NCBI GenBank assembly: GCA_034520565.1
Contig: JAXHNL010000002.1
Coordinates: forward strand, 1,376,001-1,440,000
Reading direction: 5' to 3'
From: Halodesulfurarchaeum sp.
GTDB taxonomy: Archaea > Halobacteriota > Halobacteria > Halobacteriales > Halobacteriaceae
DNA length: 64,000 nt
The notes under the pieces are model-generated. The model had not been told where the DNA came from. It searched no databases and saw only the letters and a program-made list of their open reading frames with translations. The position numbers were made by a program, and so were the translations under genes. Positions 1 through 11,074 of this stretch are shown here, piece after piece; the first letter of the stretch is position 1; every line of letters starts with the position of its first letter.

Positions 1-2
1 CA

Positions 3-932
3 CCGGTTGATCCTGGTTTCGCGGACACGGATCGTGCACTGGGAACGTTGAAAACATTGACCAGTGGCCTCATAGAGTACGGGAAGGCTCACGAAGTCGA
101 TATCCTTTTTCAGGTGACGAAATTTCCGGTTCACGGTTTTGCTACAGCTGTTGCAGGGAAGGTGACGGATACTCCCGTTTTGACTCGATTGGCGGGAGAC
201 AACTTCCGGGAATATAGGGTCTCCTCGGAAAGATTACAGGCAGTAAAGGCCTTCGGGCTCAACAATATCATGGGTCGGGTACCTCTTTACTGGAGTGACC
301 GAATCATTGTGCTCGGTCCGCACGGACGCTCAGAAATCGCACGTCGAAATGGTGATATCCCAATTTCGGAGATACCACAACCCATCGATTTCGAACAGTT
401 CAGACGAATTCCTCAGGAAATAGAGCAGGAAATTAGGAACAAATTGGGTTTTCCGTCACGCGAGCGCGTATTATTAACTGTGGGTCGTCTCACCGAACGG
501 AAAGGAATGGGAACCCTCATCGAGACCGCTGAAAACCTATCCGAAAGAGGACAATTGTTTCATTGGTATGTTATTGGAAAAGGACCAATGCGCGAGGAAC
601 TAGGAAATACCAATGGTGTTGAGACTTTAGGGCGAATTCCATTCGAGCAAATAACTGACTATTACCACGCTTCCGACATTGTAGTTCACCCTTCTTTTAT
701 CGAAGGGTTGCCGAATGTACTTCTTGAGGCGTCGGCCTGCGGGACACCTACCTTAGCGCGAGAAGTGGGTGATAGCGCAATGGTGGCCAGTGCGACTTTC
801 TCCGATGACGAGGAACTTCTTGACCTACTTAGAAAGGAACACGAACCTGCCGAACTTCCCGAAGGTTTTGATCCTAATAGATTAGAGGAGGCCTATGCTG
901 AGGCCATCTTGAGGACGATTCGTGATCACTAA
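3..932 (+). CDS. Glycosyltransferase family 4 (5' end runs off the window)
   Basis: GT-B motifs VGRLTERKG and EGLPNVLLEASACG; the frame is open from position 3. Confidence 0.85.
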   Translation, partial: PVDPGFADTDRALGTLKTLTSGLIEYGKAHEVDILFQVTKFPVHGFATAVAGKVTDTPVLTRLAGDNFREYRVSSERLQAVKAFGLNNIMGRVPLYWSDRIIVLGPHGRSEIARRNGDIPISEIPQPIDFEQFRRIPQEIEQEIRNKLGFPSRERVLLTVGRLTERKGMGTLIETAENLSERGQLFHWYVIGKGPMREELGNTNGVETLGRIPFEQITDYYHASDIVVHPSFIEGLPNVLLEASACGTPTLAREVGDSAMVASATFSDDEELLDLLRKEHEPAELPEGFDPNRLEEAYAEAILRTIRDH

Positions 933-1009
933 CACGTTGGCAATACGATATAGGATTATTGGCATCGTAACGGCAAGACAGAAACCCAAGGACCGTTTAC
1001 ATATGGTCG

Positions 1010-1807
1010 ATGTCGAAGTGGGCTGCCATTTCAGTTGATCTTGAGCCCAACAAAGACGGTACTTTAGAGGGTGTTACCGAGGCAATGGAGTGGTTCAATG
1101 AGACTGTTCCTCGCGGAACTGTCTACGCTACCTATCGGATTGCGACCGAACTTCCAGGGCCAATTGCGGACATGGCTAATGACCATGAGATTGGGGTCCA
1201 CGTTCACCCCCGTGAATTTGGTCACGAACACGACAGTCTGGCGCAACTGGATGGGGAACGCCAAAGAGAATTGATTATCGAAACGCGGGCCGCGGTTGCG
1301 GATGCGGCCGATCTCAAGCCAAATAATTTGGTGGCGTTCCGGGCGGGCCGACATAGTGCTAGCGATACAACAATTTCTGTTTTAGCTGACCTTGGGTTTA
1401 CTGTCGACGCCTCGGTTAACGTCAATTACAATGAACACCTCCCCCACTCTTTACTTGGTCATCAGGCACCTTTCAAGATAAGATCCGGGCTAGTGGAACT
1501 CCCGACGACATATGGACATCCCCCGATTATTTCGCGGATAGGAGTTCGGGCGTTCCCCAGCCGAACGGTTACTGCAACTGCTAACACACTTCGGACCGAC
1601 AAACGTGGGACGACTGGATTAACTGTTCTACGCTGGCTGCTGGACCTTGACTCTCCCTTCTCTTTTTATATGCATCCCTACGACGCGACCAGTTACCAAA
1701 CGGGTCTGGAAAACAATGGCAAGATTTTTACAGGTCGGTTTGAGTCTCTTTTGGACGGGTACGGCGGTGAATTCCTCACAGCCAGCGATGTCTTCCATTA
1801 CCAATAG
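1010..1807 (+). CDS. Polysaccharide deacetylase family protein
   Basis: SVDLE, HEIGVHVHP, FRAG and YMHPYD motifs of NodB-like deacetylases. Confidence 0.8.
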   Translation: MSKWAAISVDLEPNKDGTLEGVTEAMEWFNETVPRGTVYATYRIATELPGPIADMANDHEIGVHVHPREFGHEHDSLAQLDGERQRELIIETRAAVADAADLKPNNLVAFRAGRHSASDTTISVLADLGFTVDASVNVNYNEHLPHSLLGHQAPFKIRSGLVELPTTYGHPPIISRIGVRAFPSRTVTATANTLRTDKRGTTGLTVLRWLLDLDSPFSFYMHPYDATSYQTGLENNGKIFTGRFESLLDGYGGEFLTASDVFHYQ

Positions 1808-1845
1808 TACAACTTTTATGACTGGACGGCCTCAATTTTTCGGTA

Positions 1846-2673
1846 ATGACTGTTAAGTATAGCATCACATCGACGCATTACAACAATAACGACTTCATAC
1901 GGGAATCTGCGGGTGTGTTCGCAGATTTAATCGAAGGCAAGGACGACTGGGAACTTGTTATCTCCGATGCCGGATCAAACGACGGATCACTGTCGTATCT
2001 CCGGGAACTAGAAGCTGACCAGTCGAATGTCCGGATTGTGATGGCCGAAGAAGCCTCTATTGGAAAGGGTAGACAGATCGCCTTTGAGCACAGCCGCGGA
2101 GACGTAATTATTTCGTTGGGCGATCTCGATGCGAGCTACTACGAGGACGAGCGGTTGCTGGATGTCGTCGAGTTCTATGAGGATTTGCGCGAAAGGGAGG
2201 GTGATATCTTGCTGGGGGGGCCGGTGATGATCGGCTCACGTACCTTAATTAGCGAACTCGGCGGTTGGAATGACCTCTGGACGACCGAGCGGCGCGATCT
2301 CAAACGAAGAGCACTTCGGGCGGAGAAACTCCGATTCGTCGATTTTTCTATTGTCAAGTCCCACCCAAGTCAAGAAAAGGGGTTTAGCGACGCTTTTGAC
2401 CGCTTTTACACGAACGCGAGAATGAAGCTAAAAACAGGGATGACGCTCTCTCATTTGGTTGCCCACTGGCTGCGGAATGCGCCGGGTCTAAAGCCAAAGA
2501 TTGGTGCAATAATCGTGTTTCCCACGGCATGGTTGCATAACCGACTGGTCGGGACCGAGCGTCTCTACACCTTTGATCCCTACGATCCATACGCACTTGA
2601 TTTCCAGCGGTCGGTACAGCGCGAGAACCCAGATATCTGGCTAGAACCGATCGGTCCGCTAGCCAAGTACTAG
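1846..2673 (+). CDS. Glycosyltransferase family 2
   Basis: N-terminal GT-A pattern ELVISDAGSNDGS and DLD motif. Confidence 0.8.
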   Translation: MTVKYSITSTHYNNNDFIRESAGVFADLIEGKDDWELVISDAGSNDGSLSYLRELEADQSNVRIVMAEEASIGKGRQIAFEHSRGDVIISLGDLDASYYEDERLLDVVEFYEDLREREGDILLGGPVMIGSRTLISELGGWNDLWTTERRDLKRRALRAEKLRFVDFSIVKSHPSQEKGFSDAFDRFYTNARMKLKTGMTLSHLVAHWLRNAPGLKPKIGAIIVFPTAWLHNRLVGTERLYTFDPYDPYALDFQRSVQRENPDIWLEPIGPLAKY

Positions 2674-3620
2674 AGTAGTCCGACTAACTTGTACCAACCC
2701 CAGGTATCCCGGACGGCTTCCTGCCAGGACTTCCCTGGGACAGGTGCCCGGCTTTCCTGTACCGGGGGGACCGTCCCCGTCTCGGCGTCAAGGACTAATC
2801 GGTCGGCGTCGACGTTAGTGATTCCGGTAGCGTCGATGGTCTTCACACCTAGGGGCAAGAGCTTCTTCCGGAACGGGATATTGAACACGACCGTTCGGTG
2901 GTCTGACAGCGAGGCAAGTTCTTTCGCAAATGCTTTGCGGTTGATATTGGGGCCACTGACCATGTGGTGGTTGTCCGTCGGATTCTCGAGGTAATAGAGG
3001 ATGCTGTCGGCGATGGTGTTGACGTGGACGATGTTGATCCTCCCCGGCGTGTACATCGGCGGTACCAGAAGCGCATTCGAAGCGGCCAGTCGGAACGGTT
3101 CGTAGCGTTTCAGTCGAAAGTCGCGTTGGCCCATCACGTACGTCGGGTGGACGATACTGTACTTGAAGGGGTATTCGCCACTCTCCAGCAGATCCCCCCC
3201 CTTGCCTTTGGTCTTGACGTACATGGAGGGATCTTCGGCCTCGATAGCTGGATGGGCCTTGGTCGTGCTGAGATAGACCACCGATTCGACACCAGCGTCG
3301 GCAGCAGTCGCCAGAACGTTCTCAGTCCCCTCAACGTTGACCCGACGAAATACCTCGTCGGATACGGTTGATGTGATTTCTGGGGAGTTACGAGACCCCG
3401 GATTGACCGCGGCCATGTGGACGACGGCGTCGATATCAACCATTGCGGAGGCCAGCGAGTCTTTATCGGTGACATCACCATGGACGGTTTCGACCCCGTC
3501 AGGCAGAAGTTCTTCTCGAGAGGAGTCCCGCACGAGCGTAACGGGCTCGTACTTTTCGGGAAACCGAGAGAGGAGGTTTGTGCCGATGTATCCCGTTCCA
3601 CCGGTAACGAGAACCCTCAT
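2670..3620 (-). CDS. NAD-dependent epimerase/dehydratase
   Basis: VTGGTGYIG Rossmann motif and YVKTK (YxxxK). Confidence 0.85.
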   Translation of the reverse strand: MRVLVTGGTGYIGTNLLSRFPEKYEPVTLVRDSSREELLPDGVETVHGDVTDKDSLASAMVDIDAVVHMAAVNPGSRNSPEITSTVSDEVFRRVNVEGTENVLATAADAGVESVVYLSTTKAHPAIEAEDPSMYVKTKGKGGDLLESGEYPFKYSIVHPTYVMGQRDFRLKRYEPFRLAASNALLVPPMYTPGRINIVHVNTIADSILYYLENPTDNHHMVSGPNINRKAFAKELASLSDHRTVVFNIPFRKKLLPLGVKTIDATGITNVDADRLVLDAETGTVPPVQESRAPVPGKSWQEAVRDTWGWYKLVGLL

Positions 3621-4633
3621 TTGACCTCACCCCTCTCGTAGACCTCTGCTATGATACGTGTCACGTCCAGTCCCCGCTGGGCAGGAGCAGTGGTATCGTG
3701 GTCCTCGTCGACGGCATGGTCTACGAAATCCCAGACGCGGCGATCGTGAAAGTCATTGCTGCCGCCCCACCACGCACGGAACTCTCCGCGGAGGTCGATA
3801 AAGGGCTGGTTGCCGTACTGCTGGGCTACCGTTTCTCCCTGGACATCCCCCGTGAGCTTATCCAGATTGAACTCCAGCAGACCACCGGTTCCCATGAGGA
3901 CATTTCGGTGGTGTTTGGCATGTGGAGTCCAGTGAAGGGTGGTCTCGACCGGGACGCCGTCGAAATCAAAGTGCAATTCTGCGAAATCTTCGATGGTTGG
4001 TACGTCTAGCCGTTCAAGCGTGACCGAGGTGATGTCTGGTGTGGTTTTAAAAAGCCGGATGTAAAAGTCGAGAATGTGGCCTAGTTGATCGGCCACTACG
4101 CCACCACCGCTCATCGTCGGGTCGAAGTTCCAGTCTGCCGCCGGAGGCGAACGGACTCGGTGTGTCTTGAGCCGTTTGATCTCCCCTAAGAGGTGGTTTT
4201 GGACCATCGAAAGAACGTGACGGTAATTCTCCACATACCCACGTGTATAGCCCACCTGTGTGACGACATCTGCGGCTTCTGCTGCGTTTACCATGTCCTC
4301 TGCGCTCTCGACGTCTGTACTGAAAGGTTTCTCACAGTAAATGTGAGAACCTGCCTCGGCTGCGGCAACGAAGAGGTCCCGGTGGGTGCCGGCGGGAGTA
4401 CAAATGCTCACGATATCAAGGTCTTCTTCTGCGAGCATAGCTTCGCCTCGTTCGTACTCGGAGTCGATATCAAACTCCTCGACTGATGCGGTCCTTTTCT
4501 CATTATCAAGGTCTGCGACCGCGACCAGTTCCGTCTCCGGATGCTTGACGTAGGTCGGAAAGTGCGCGGTCTGGGCGACGGAGCCGGCACCGATAACGCC
4601 GGCACGAAGCCCAGAACCCCTCAAAAGTCCCAT
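3617..4633 (-). CDS. Gfo/Idh/MocA oxidoreductase
   Basis: GVIGAG, CEKP and DQLGH motifs; ATG at 4633 preferred as start. Confidence 0.85.
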   Translation of the reverse strand: MGLLRGSGLRAGVIGAGSVAQTAHFPTYVKHPETELVAVADLDNEKRTASVEEFDIDSEYERGEAMLAEEDLDIVSICTPAGTHRDLFVAAAEAGSHIYCEKPFSTDVESAEDMVNAAEAADVVTQVGYTRGYVENYRHVLSMVQNHLLGEIKRLKTHRVRSPPAADWNFDPTMSGGGVVADQLGHILDFYIRLFKTTPDITSVTLERLDVPTIEDFAELHFDFDGVPVETTLHWTPHAKHHRNVLMGTGGLLEFNLDKLTGDVQGETVAQQYGNQPFIDLRGEFRAWWGGSNDFHDRRVWDFVDHAVDEDHDTTAPAQRGLDVTRIIAEVYERGEVK

Positions 4634-4708
4634 GGATCGCCGATTCTCTAGTTCAATCAATCAAGCTTTCGATTCGTCCGACTAACTGTCCTCAATCATA
4701 AGTGGTGC

Positions 4709-6067
4709 TTACTTGTCGAGATAGCCGAGATCAGCCAGTCGCTCTTGGGTTTCGGATGAGTATTCTACATTGGCTGTGGTAGCCGCACGATCGATGCCGT
4801 CTCGATACTCTGCGATGACGGCCTCGAATCGGTCGGCAACGTCAGTAGCCTCCGCGATGACATTCTTGGTCTCGTCTGGATCTGCAGCCAGGTTGAATAG
4901 GTATGACTCTTCGTCGTCGACGCGTGTGATATATTTCCACTCTTCAGTTCGACAGCCGAAAATGGTGCCGTTGTCCGAAATAGTCATCGCGGTCCGTTCT
5001 TCGATATGGTCGCCGGAAACTGCTGGGGCAAAACTCTCCCCTTCCATCGTCTCGGGTATCTCGACATCGACCAGATCAAGCACCGTCGGTGGGAGATCAA
5101 GCAGGGAGACCTGTTGGTCAACGGTAGTCGGTTCGATCCCCGGGCCGGCGATGGCCAACGGAACCCTGATTAGTTCGTCGTAGGGATACGGATGATGGCC
5201 AAACCGGTCGTGTTCCCCGAAGGCCTCCCCATGGTCTGCCGTGACGACGACGATGGTCTCATCAAGAATTCCGCTTGTTTTGAGCGCATCGATGACACGG
5301 CCGATCTGTTGGTCAGTGTACCGTATCTCTGCGTCGTAGAGTTTCAACAGGTCCGTAACATCTTTCTCGGTCAGGTCTTCCGGACGTTCCTGCATCTTCC
5401 CATTGAGATCTACGATTCGTCGTTTCGAGATAGGCGAAAAGGAGAGCTCCTTCATGGCCGTTTTTGGTGGTTGGAAAGGGTAATGAACATCCATGTAATG
5501 GAGCCAGATGAAAAACGGATCATTGTCTGACCTTTTAGCGTTGATCCACTCGATAGCATTGTCGGAAATCGTGTCGGCACGCGCGTAGGCCGAACTTGTC
5601 GTTGTCATACTGAAATAGTGCCAGGCACGCCGGAGAAACCGATAGAGGATCGTATCTGTCGAGAGTAGCCGTTCGACCTTGTCTTTTAGGGTAACGACTG
5701 AATCCTCACCTTCGACGGCGTCGTTGAACGTATCGAAACCGGTTGGATAGCCCTGATCCTCGCCGAGATGTGGGTTCGAGTGATAGCCGACTGTCTGATA
5801 TCCAGCCTCGTTGAGCGTGCGGGAAAGAAACGGAGAGCCGCCCCCACAGACGCCGTAGGGACCGTACGTGAGCGAGTGTGCACCAGTCAGGATCGATGGA
5901 AAGCTTGCGGTCGTATTCGGGCCGTTGGCGACTGCCTTTCGAAACATCGTTCCCTGCTCGCATAGCTCTCTCAGACGTGGATCGACAGCCTGGTCGTAAT
6001 CAAGACAGGCGGTATGATCTGCGCGAAGGCTATCGATCGTAATGTAAACGACGTTGGGGGTATCCAT
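4709..6067 (-). CDS. Sulfatase-like (alkaline phosphatase superfamily) protein
   Basis: ITIDSLRADH, LHYMDVHYP, TADHGE and C-terminal RLADLGY; lacks the canonical CxPxR motif (has PNTTASFP). Confidence 0.85.
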   Translation of the reverse strand: MDTPNVVYITIDSLRADHTACLDYDQAVDPRLRELCEQGTMFRKAVANGPNTTASFPSILTGAHSLTYGPYGVCGGGSPFLSRTLNEAGYQTVGYHSNPHLGEDQGYPTGFDTFNDAVEGEDSVVTLKDKVERLLSTDTILYRFLRRAWHYFSMTTTSSAYARADTISDNAIEWINAKRSDNDPFFIWLHYMDVHYPFQPPKTAMKELSFSPISKRRIVDLNGKMQERPEDLTEKDVTDLLKLYDAEIRYTDQQIGRVIDALKTSGILDETIVVVTADHGEAFGEHDRFGHHPYPYDELIRVPLAIAGPGIEPTTVDQQVSLLDLPPTVLDLVDVEIPETMEGESFAPAVSGDHIEERTAMTISDNGTIFGCRTEEWKYITRVDDEESYLFNLAADPDETKNVIAEATDVADRFEAVIAEYRDGIDRAATTANVEYSSETQERLADLGYLDK

Positions 6068-6184
6068 ATCCGGAGTCAGTCTACGGCGGAAAATAAAGAT
6101 GGTCATCTATGTGGCCGGGACTCGACAGTTACACGTTCGGAAAGCAACGTTAGGTTGAAGTGTGCAACTCCGAATCAACGAGCA

Positions 6185-6943
6185 ATGATCGAGACGGTTG
6201 TCCACACTATCGGTTCCTTGATCAACGGAACGCCGCTGGAGGAACCGCTAGACCGCGCCTACTACGATTTTATGGGGCCACGGCGGACACAAGCAACCCT
6301 CGGCGGAATCACAGCCCAGTTCAACGCCAGATCTAGTAGTGAATACTACTCGGTTCAGGATTTTGGCGGTGAGAAAGCTCTCGTCGAAGAAATGCTCGAC
6401 GCACTTCAGCCGTCGGACGTGCTTTGGGATATTGGTGCGTTTGTCGGGTGGCACGCGGCGTTTTTTGGCCAGGTCGCAGAGACTGTCGCGTTTGAGGCCG
6501 ACCCGGATACGTTCTGTAAGCTTCAGGAGACCGCTACCCTCAACCCTGTGGCACGGATTACGCCGGTCTGTCTCGGTCTCGGGAACCCCTCGGCTCATCG
6601 AGAACGGGTTTCAATCGCCGCGGGTGAGGGTGGGGGGATCACGGACAGGGGATCAGATGGCAAACCTACCACCGTCGCCAGACCGGAAACCCTGATCACT
6701 ACTGCACTGTCACCACCAACCGCTGTCAAGTTAGATGTTCAGGGATTGGAGGGGGAAGTGATCGAGGGATTCGGCGATTACCTTATGGATATCCAGCTGC
6801 TGTTCGTTGAGTTCCACGAGGGTCGGATGACTGGGGACTGGACGGTTGAGACCCTCCACGACCGCATCACAGAGGCGGGGCTTGAACAACAGCGAGAGAT
6901 GACACGTCGGGAGGATATTTTGAAACTCTATCGGCGCCCCTGA
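6185..6943 (+). CDS. FkbM-family methyltransferase
   Basis: WDIGAFVG, FEAD, KLDVQGLE and FVEFH motifs. Confidence 0.85.
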   Translation: MIETVVHTIGSLINGTPLEEPLDRAYYDFMGPRRTQATLGGITAQFNARSSSEYYSVQDFGGEKALVEEMLDALQPSDVLWDIGAFVGWHAAFFGQVAETVAFEADPDTFCKLQETATLNPVARITPVCLGLGNPSAHRERVSIAAGEGGGITDRGSDGKPTTVARPETLITTALSPPTAVKLDVQGLEGEVIEGFGDYLMDIQLLFVEFHEGRMTGDWTVETLHDRITEAGLEQQREMTRREDILKLYRRP

Positions 6944-6944
6944 A

Positions 6945-7178
6945 CACCAGAGGAAATAGACGGCTGCCGTCCCGATGACGGCACCGTTTGCCTAGCAGGG
7001 GAATCCTATGCAGGGCGAGCCCAACATTCAGCGCTCTTGGAAAGAAGTTGTTGACGTCGACAATCCAAGATATTGCGACAGCTTCCAGCAGGTTTCCCTG
7101 GATACTGATGATGTTGTAGATTGCAAACGAAACTGCAAAAATTACAAGTGCCGAGACACCACTGGCGTAACTCGGTCA
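6945..7178 (-). pseudogene. Degraded C-terminal fragment of a Wzx/MATE-like oligosaccharide flippase
   Basis: Hand translation *PSYASGVSALVIFAVSFAIYNIISIQGNLLEA...ALNVGLALHRIPLLG, then a frameshift to NGAVIGTAAVYFL; resembles flippase C-terminal helices. Confidence 0.55.
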
Positions 7179-7365
7179 GCATATGTTCTGATGGAACCAG
7201 TAGGAAAACTAGGTAGTGTCACAAGTTCTGAAATCGATACCATCTTGAGCCAGCACAACAAGGTAGAGTCGACTAACACTGGACTTTTGACATTTTTACA
7301 TGGTTGGAGGTTAATTGCGGTGGACTCCCAAGAAAAATTTGAGTCCAGACCTCTTCAGATGAGCT

Positions 7366-8394
7366 TTATTTATAACCTAACGCTTTTAATTGATTTTCGA
7401 CATTAATATCTTTATCACCTGATTTGTTTACACCTTCATCAATGATTTCTCTCCTCTCCTTGTTATCAATAACTGCCCAGGGTACTTTTCGAAGTTCTTT
7501 TACATATATACCATCCCCATGACCCATATTATTTTTCAAACCGCTCAGATTTTTTGGTACGAAATACCTGGAATCACCTAGCATTTCTCCATGATCAGCT
7601 GTCACAATAGTTTTTCCCTTTATTTCTTGGGATAATTTTTCAACATATTCCATAACAACTAAAATGTTCTCTTTATAAATTTCATATAATTCGCCCTTAG
7701 TTATGATATTTAGTTTTGCAGCTTCTTGTAAGGAATACAATACATTATCATTTTCAGATTTATCTTTCCTGTCCAACTTATCACTCCAAGCCCAAAACTC
7801 ATAACCCTGTTCTCGAAGTTCTTCTCTTAGCGATCTCGACTTTTCTCCAAAATATGGGCTATGGGGTTGCATAAAATGTATTATTAGTCGCTTATCGGGG
7901 TTTTCTTTATACATTCTGAGAGCTGTATTGAACACTATTTCCGGCTCCCAGCCCTTTCCTAAATTGTCAACTTTGGCCTTTTTCCCGTTTTCCGTAAACT
8001 TTCTATCAAAAGTGACTACATTTTTATAGAAGGTGTCAGTAACTCGGGCACCATATGGATTGGCAGTAATATATATCGTGTCGCCAAAATCACCGTTATT
8101 TTCAAAATACTCCTCAATAAATTCCTCACTGGTCGATGATTTCATTATCTTGTAACTTAAGTTTTCAAATAAATCCATTTCATCTAAAACATCAAACCTA
8201 CACGAATCAAGAATAATCAGATTATCCCAATCCTCTTTCATAATGTCGAATTCGGATGTATATTTAAATCTAAATATGAGTTCACGTGGAGTGTGTCGAA
8301 TTCGATTAACAATTCGCTTAAATTCATCAAAAAATTTACGTGGCTCAAATAATGCCCCTCTGAAATTCTCCCAGTTATATCTTTCTGGAATCAT
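7366..8394 (-). CDS. Sulfatase-like / alkaline phosphatase superfamily protein, very AT-rich
   Basis: WDNLIILDSCRFD, HFMQPHSPY, TADHGE and QLKALGY motifs. Confidence 0.8.
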   Translation of the reverse strand: MIPERYNWENFRGALFEPRKFFDEFKRIVNRIRHTPRELIFRFKYTSEFDIMKEDWDNLIILDSCRFDVLDEMDLFENLSYKIMKSSTSEEFIEEYFENNGDFGDTIYITANPYGARVTDTFYKNVVTFDRKFTENGKKAKVDNLGKGWEPEIVFNTALRMYKENPDKRLIIHFMQPHSPYFGEKSRSLREELREQGYEFWAWSDKLDRKDKSENDNVLYSLQEAAKLNIITKGELYEIYKENILVVMEYVEKLSQEIKGKTIVTADHGEMLGDSRYFVPKNLSGLKNNMGHGDGIYVKELRKVPWAVIDNKERREIIDEGVNKSGDKDINVENQLKALGYK

Positions 8395-8648
8395 GGGTTA
8401 TCAGTAGAATCTCGCATTTTTAAAGATATCGTAGTCAGCTTACCCCCTGTTTCGGTTTGGGTATTTTCCACCGATCCAAAGCCCCTAAAATATTTTTTTA
8501 GGTTCCCGCCAACAATTAATTTATTTCACATGTAACAAGTATAGGGCGAGATATTGCAATTTTCCGGGTGCCGTTTCAACAAGTTTCATTTGGGATTGCC
8601 AGTTTGATTTGATTGAAACTGGAACTTCTTGTGGTAATTAAAAAATTC

Positions 8649-9848
8649 TTATCTGTTGGGTTCTGTTAGACTTTCATTCACTATTCTCCGGATCTCATCC
8701 ATAAATTTGTTTTTTTCGTATCGTTCCGAAATATCAGGTAGGTTTTCGATAATTTGTCTCTGTTTGACAGAGTCGGACAGAACTGCTGATATTTTTTTGA
8801 CGGCTTCCTCTGATTCTCCGTACATTATTTCCTCAATATTGTTTACAATCTCGCGTTGTCCTCCGTCATTGCTAACGAACGGAATCATCCCCGCTCCAAT
8901 CATTTCGGCAATAGACATCCCAAATGATTCTGTCGATGCCGATATACCGTACTTGTGACGCAACAACATATTGTTAAGTTCGTTATTGTATAGAGGTCCT
9001 TCTAAAGTAACAAAGTCGTTGTTCTGACTCAGAGACTGGACGTAATCATAATAATCCGGGGTATCTTTATTTTTAGGCCCCACAAGATGGAGATGAATAT
9101 CGTGCTTGTGTGCTTGCACCTCTTTTAGGATGTTAATAATTTCTACAACTCCCTTTCCAGGAGCGATCCGCCCCACGTAAACGAACCCCTTCTCTCGTTC
9201 CGACCAGGTCCGGGAGGGGTCAAATCCTGTTGTGTCAATTGGGGGATGCAGGATTTTTGGTTCTATTTTGTACCAGTCCCGTATTTTCGAGGCAGTTCGT
9301 TCCGAGTTTGCAAGTACTGTACTTTTTGAGACTAAATCTGTGTCGTAGTTTGCTAACGTTCGCCCGATGTATTTGAAGAATTTTGCTAGATTGATAGTCA
9401 CGCGGTCTGCCGCATAGTCGTGTGCCATTTCGAACGTTTCGTATCTTCTTGGAAAATGGACATACTGTATGGAATTGCCTTCTACAGCGACTTCGTCCCA
9501 GACACTTATGAATACGTCAGGATTGTCTACCGATTTCTTGCAATATCGGTGGTAAATCGCCTGTCTGAGTATGTTTTCCAGAACTTTTAGTCGAGTGCCA
9601 CCCCATCCTGTGTTGAAAAAATCCATAATTCGGGTGAGTTCGATACCCATACTGGTAATAACCTCGACATCGATCTCATCAAGTTCGTTATTATACTTTT
9701 TCGATAAGGATTTGAGGTCTTCAATCTCCGAAGTAACTAGTAATTTTACATTGTGATCCTCCTGTATTGCCTCAAGAATACTAAAGCAAACGGCTGGGCC
9801 GCCACCACCCTTATTGAGGTCCTCATAGGCGACGGTTATTTCTGCCAT
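8649..9848 (-). CDS. Glycosyltransferase family 4
   Basis: YVGRIAPGKG and ESFGMSIAEMIGAG motifs; ATG at 9848. Confidence 0.85.
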   Translation of the reverse strand: MAEITVAYEDLNKGGGGPAVCFSILEAIQEDHNVKLLVTSEIEDLKSLSKKYNNELDEIDVEVITSMGIELTRIMDFFNTGWGGTRLKVLENILRQAIYHRYCKKSVDNPDVFISVWDEVAVEGNSIQYVHFPRRYETFEMAHDYAADRVTINLAKFFKYIGRTLANYDTDLVSKSTVLANSERTASKIRDWYKIEPKILHPPIDTTGFDPSRTWSEREKGFVYVGRIAPGKGVVEIINILKEVQAHKHDIHLHLVGPKNKDTPDYYDYVQSLSQNNDFVTLEGPLYNNELNNMLLRHKYGISASTESFGMSIAEMIGAGMIPFVSNDGGQREIVNNIEEIMYGESEEAVKKISAVLSDSVKQRQIIENLPDISERYEKNKFMDEIRRIVNESLTEPNR

Positions 9849-9925
9849 ATTGAACAGAAAATACCGCTCGTATAATTGTGTTATGTAAGTTGCCCCGTAC
9901 CTTTCCCTTAGGAGAGCTCCTAACA

Positions 9926-11074
9926 CTACTTCTGTCCCGAACGACTACCCTCGTGGGTTCGGAGTATCCGGTCCAGGTACCGTTCGTATCGGTCGTATAG
10001 CTTTTCCCAAGTAAATTCGTCTTCGATTGCTGCCCGGCCGTTGTCGCCGAGATGGCGTCGTTTCGCCTCATTCGAAGCTAAGTGATCTAGCGTTTCGGCC
10101 AGATTTTCCGGCTGTCCCGGATCAATTAGCCGCCCCGTCTCACCATCACTGACGATTTCTGGAATTCCGCCGACCCGTGTCGCAACGACTGCCTTCCCCG
10201 CCGCCTGTGCTTCGAGAACCACTCGTGGCAATCCCTCCGTGTAAGAAGGGAGCACGAACACGTCGAATTGATGGTAAAGGGCAGGGACTTGTTCGTAAGG
10301 GACTGCCCCAAGAAATAACGCCCTCCCAGCGAACTCCTTTTTCAGATTGTCACGTTCGGGGCCGTCCCCGGCGATCACGACAACCGGATCGCTATCTGTC
10401 CTCTCAAGTGCCGAAGCAAGATCTGTGAGCCCTTTATATGGATATAGCCCACCAATATAGCCCAGAACGAATTTATTTTTGACAAATGGTTTTATTTGCC
10501 TTCTATAATACTCATCAAGATTTACGGGGGCACCTTCGGGATGAAATTGATTGGTGTTGACTGCGTTTTTAATATTGAAAATTCGTTCTTTGGGCACGCC
10601 AATTTCTCCGAGATCATTTGCAATCGATTCGGAAACGGCGAAATAGCCATCATGACCGAAACGTAAGCGACGAATGATTGATTCGGTCTCAATTCGATTT
10701 AGAAAATTGGATTTGTTGACACTTTTTGGACTGGACCCTACCTGAATGACGTGGGGGATGTTCAAAAGCCGGGCTACGGTTTTACCAGGTACATACGTCT
10801 TTCGAGTCTTTGATATTATTACATTAGCCTCAATACTCTTTGCGAGGTTTCTCGCCTGTAATACAGTTCGCAAGGGATCGATAGCGACACGAAACTGGGG
10901 TTTCAGGGAATGATGAAACGGGAAGTCGTCGTCAGTTGTATTCCAATCGAGAAGGTGAATATCATGGCCGCGATTACGTAGTCCTTTCACGACGTTGCGT
11001 ACGTGAATTTGCCCTCCTCGCACCATTGAATCAGAAAACGAAATTGATTCTTCGGTGATATAGAGGGCTTTCAT
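9926..11074 (-). CDS. Glycosyltransferase family 4
   Basis: GGLYPYKG and EGLPRVVLEAQAAG motifs. Confidence 0.9.
   Translation of the reverse strand: MKALYITEESISFSDSMVRGGQIHVRNVVKGLRNRGHDIHLLDWNTTDDDFPFHHSLKPQFRVAIDPLRTVLQARNLAKSIEANVIISKTRKTYVPGKTVARLLNIPHVIQVGSSPKSVNKSNFLNRIETESIIRRLRFGHDGYFAVSESIANDLGEIGVPKERIFNIKNAVNTNQFHPEGAPVNLDEYYRRQIKPFVKNKFVLGYIGGLYPYKGLTDLASALERTDSDPVVVIAGDGPERDNLKKEFAGRALFLGAVPYEQVPALYHQFDVFVLPSYTEGLPRVVLEAQAAGKAVVATRVGGIPEIVSDGETGRLIDPGQPENLAETLDHLASNEAKRRHLGDNGRAAIEDEFTWEKLYDRYERYLDRILRTHEGSRSGQK

Noticed and set aside
3-15. ccggttgatcctg resembles the 5' end of archaeal 16S rRNA
   Set aside because: The match stops after 13 nt and lies inside an open glycosyltransferase frame.
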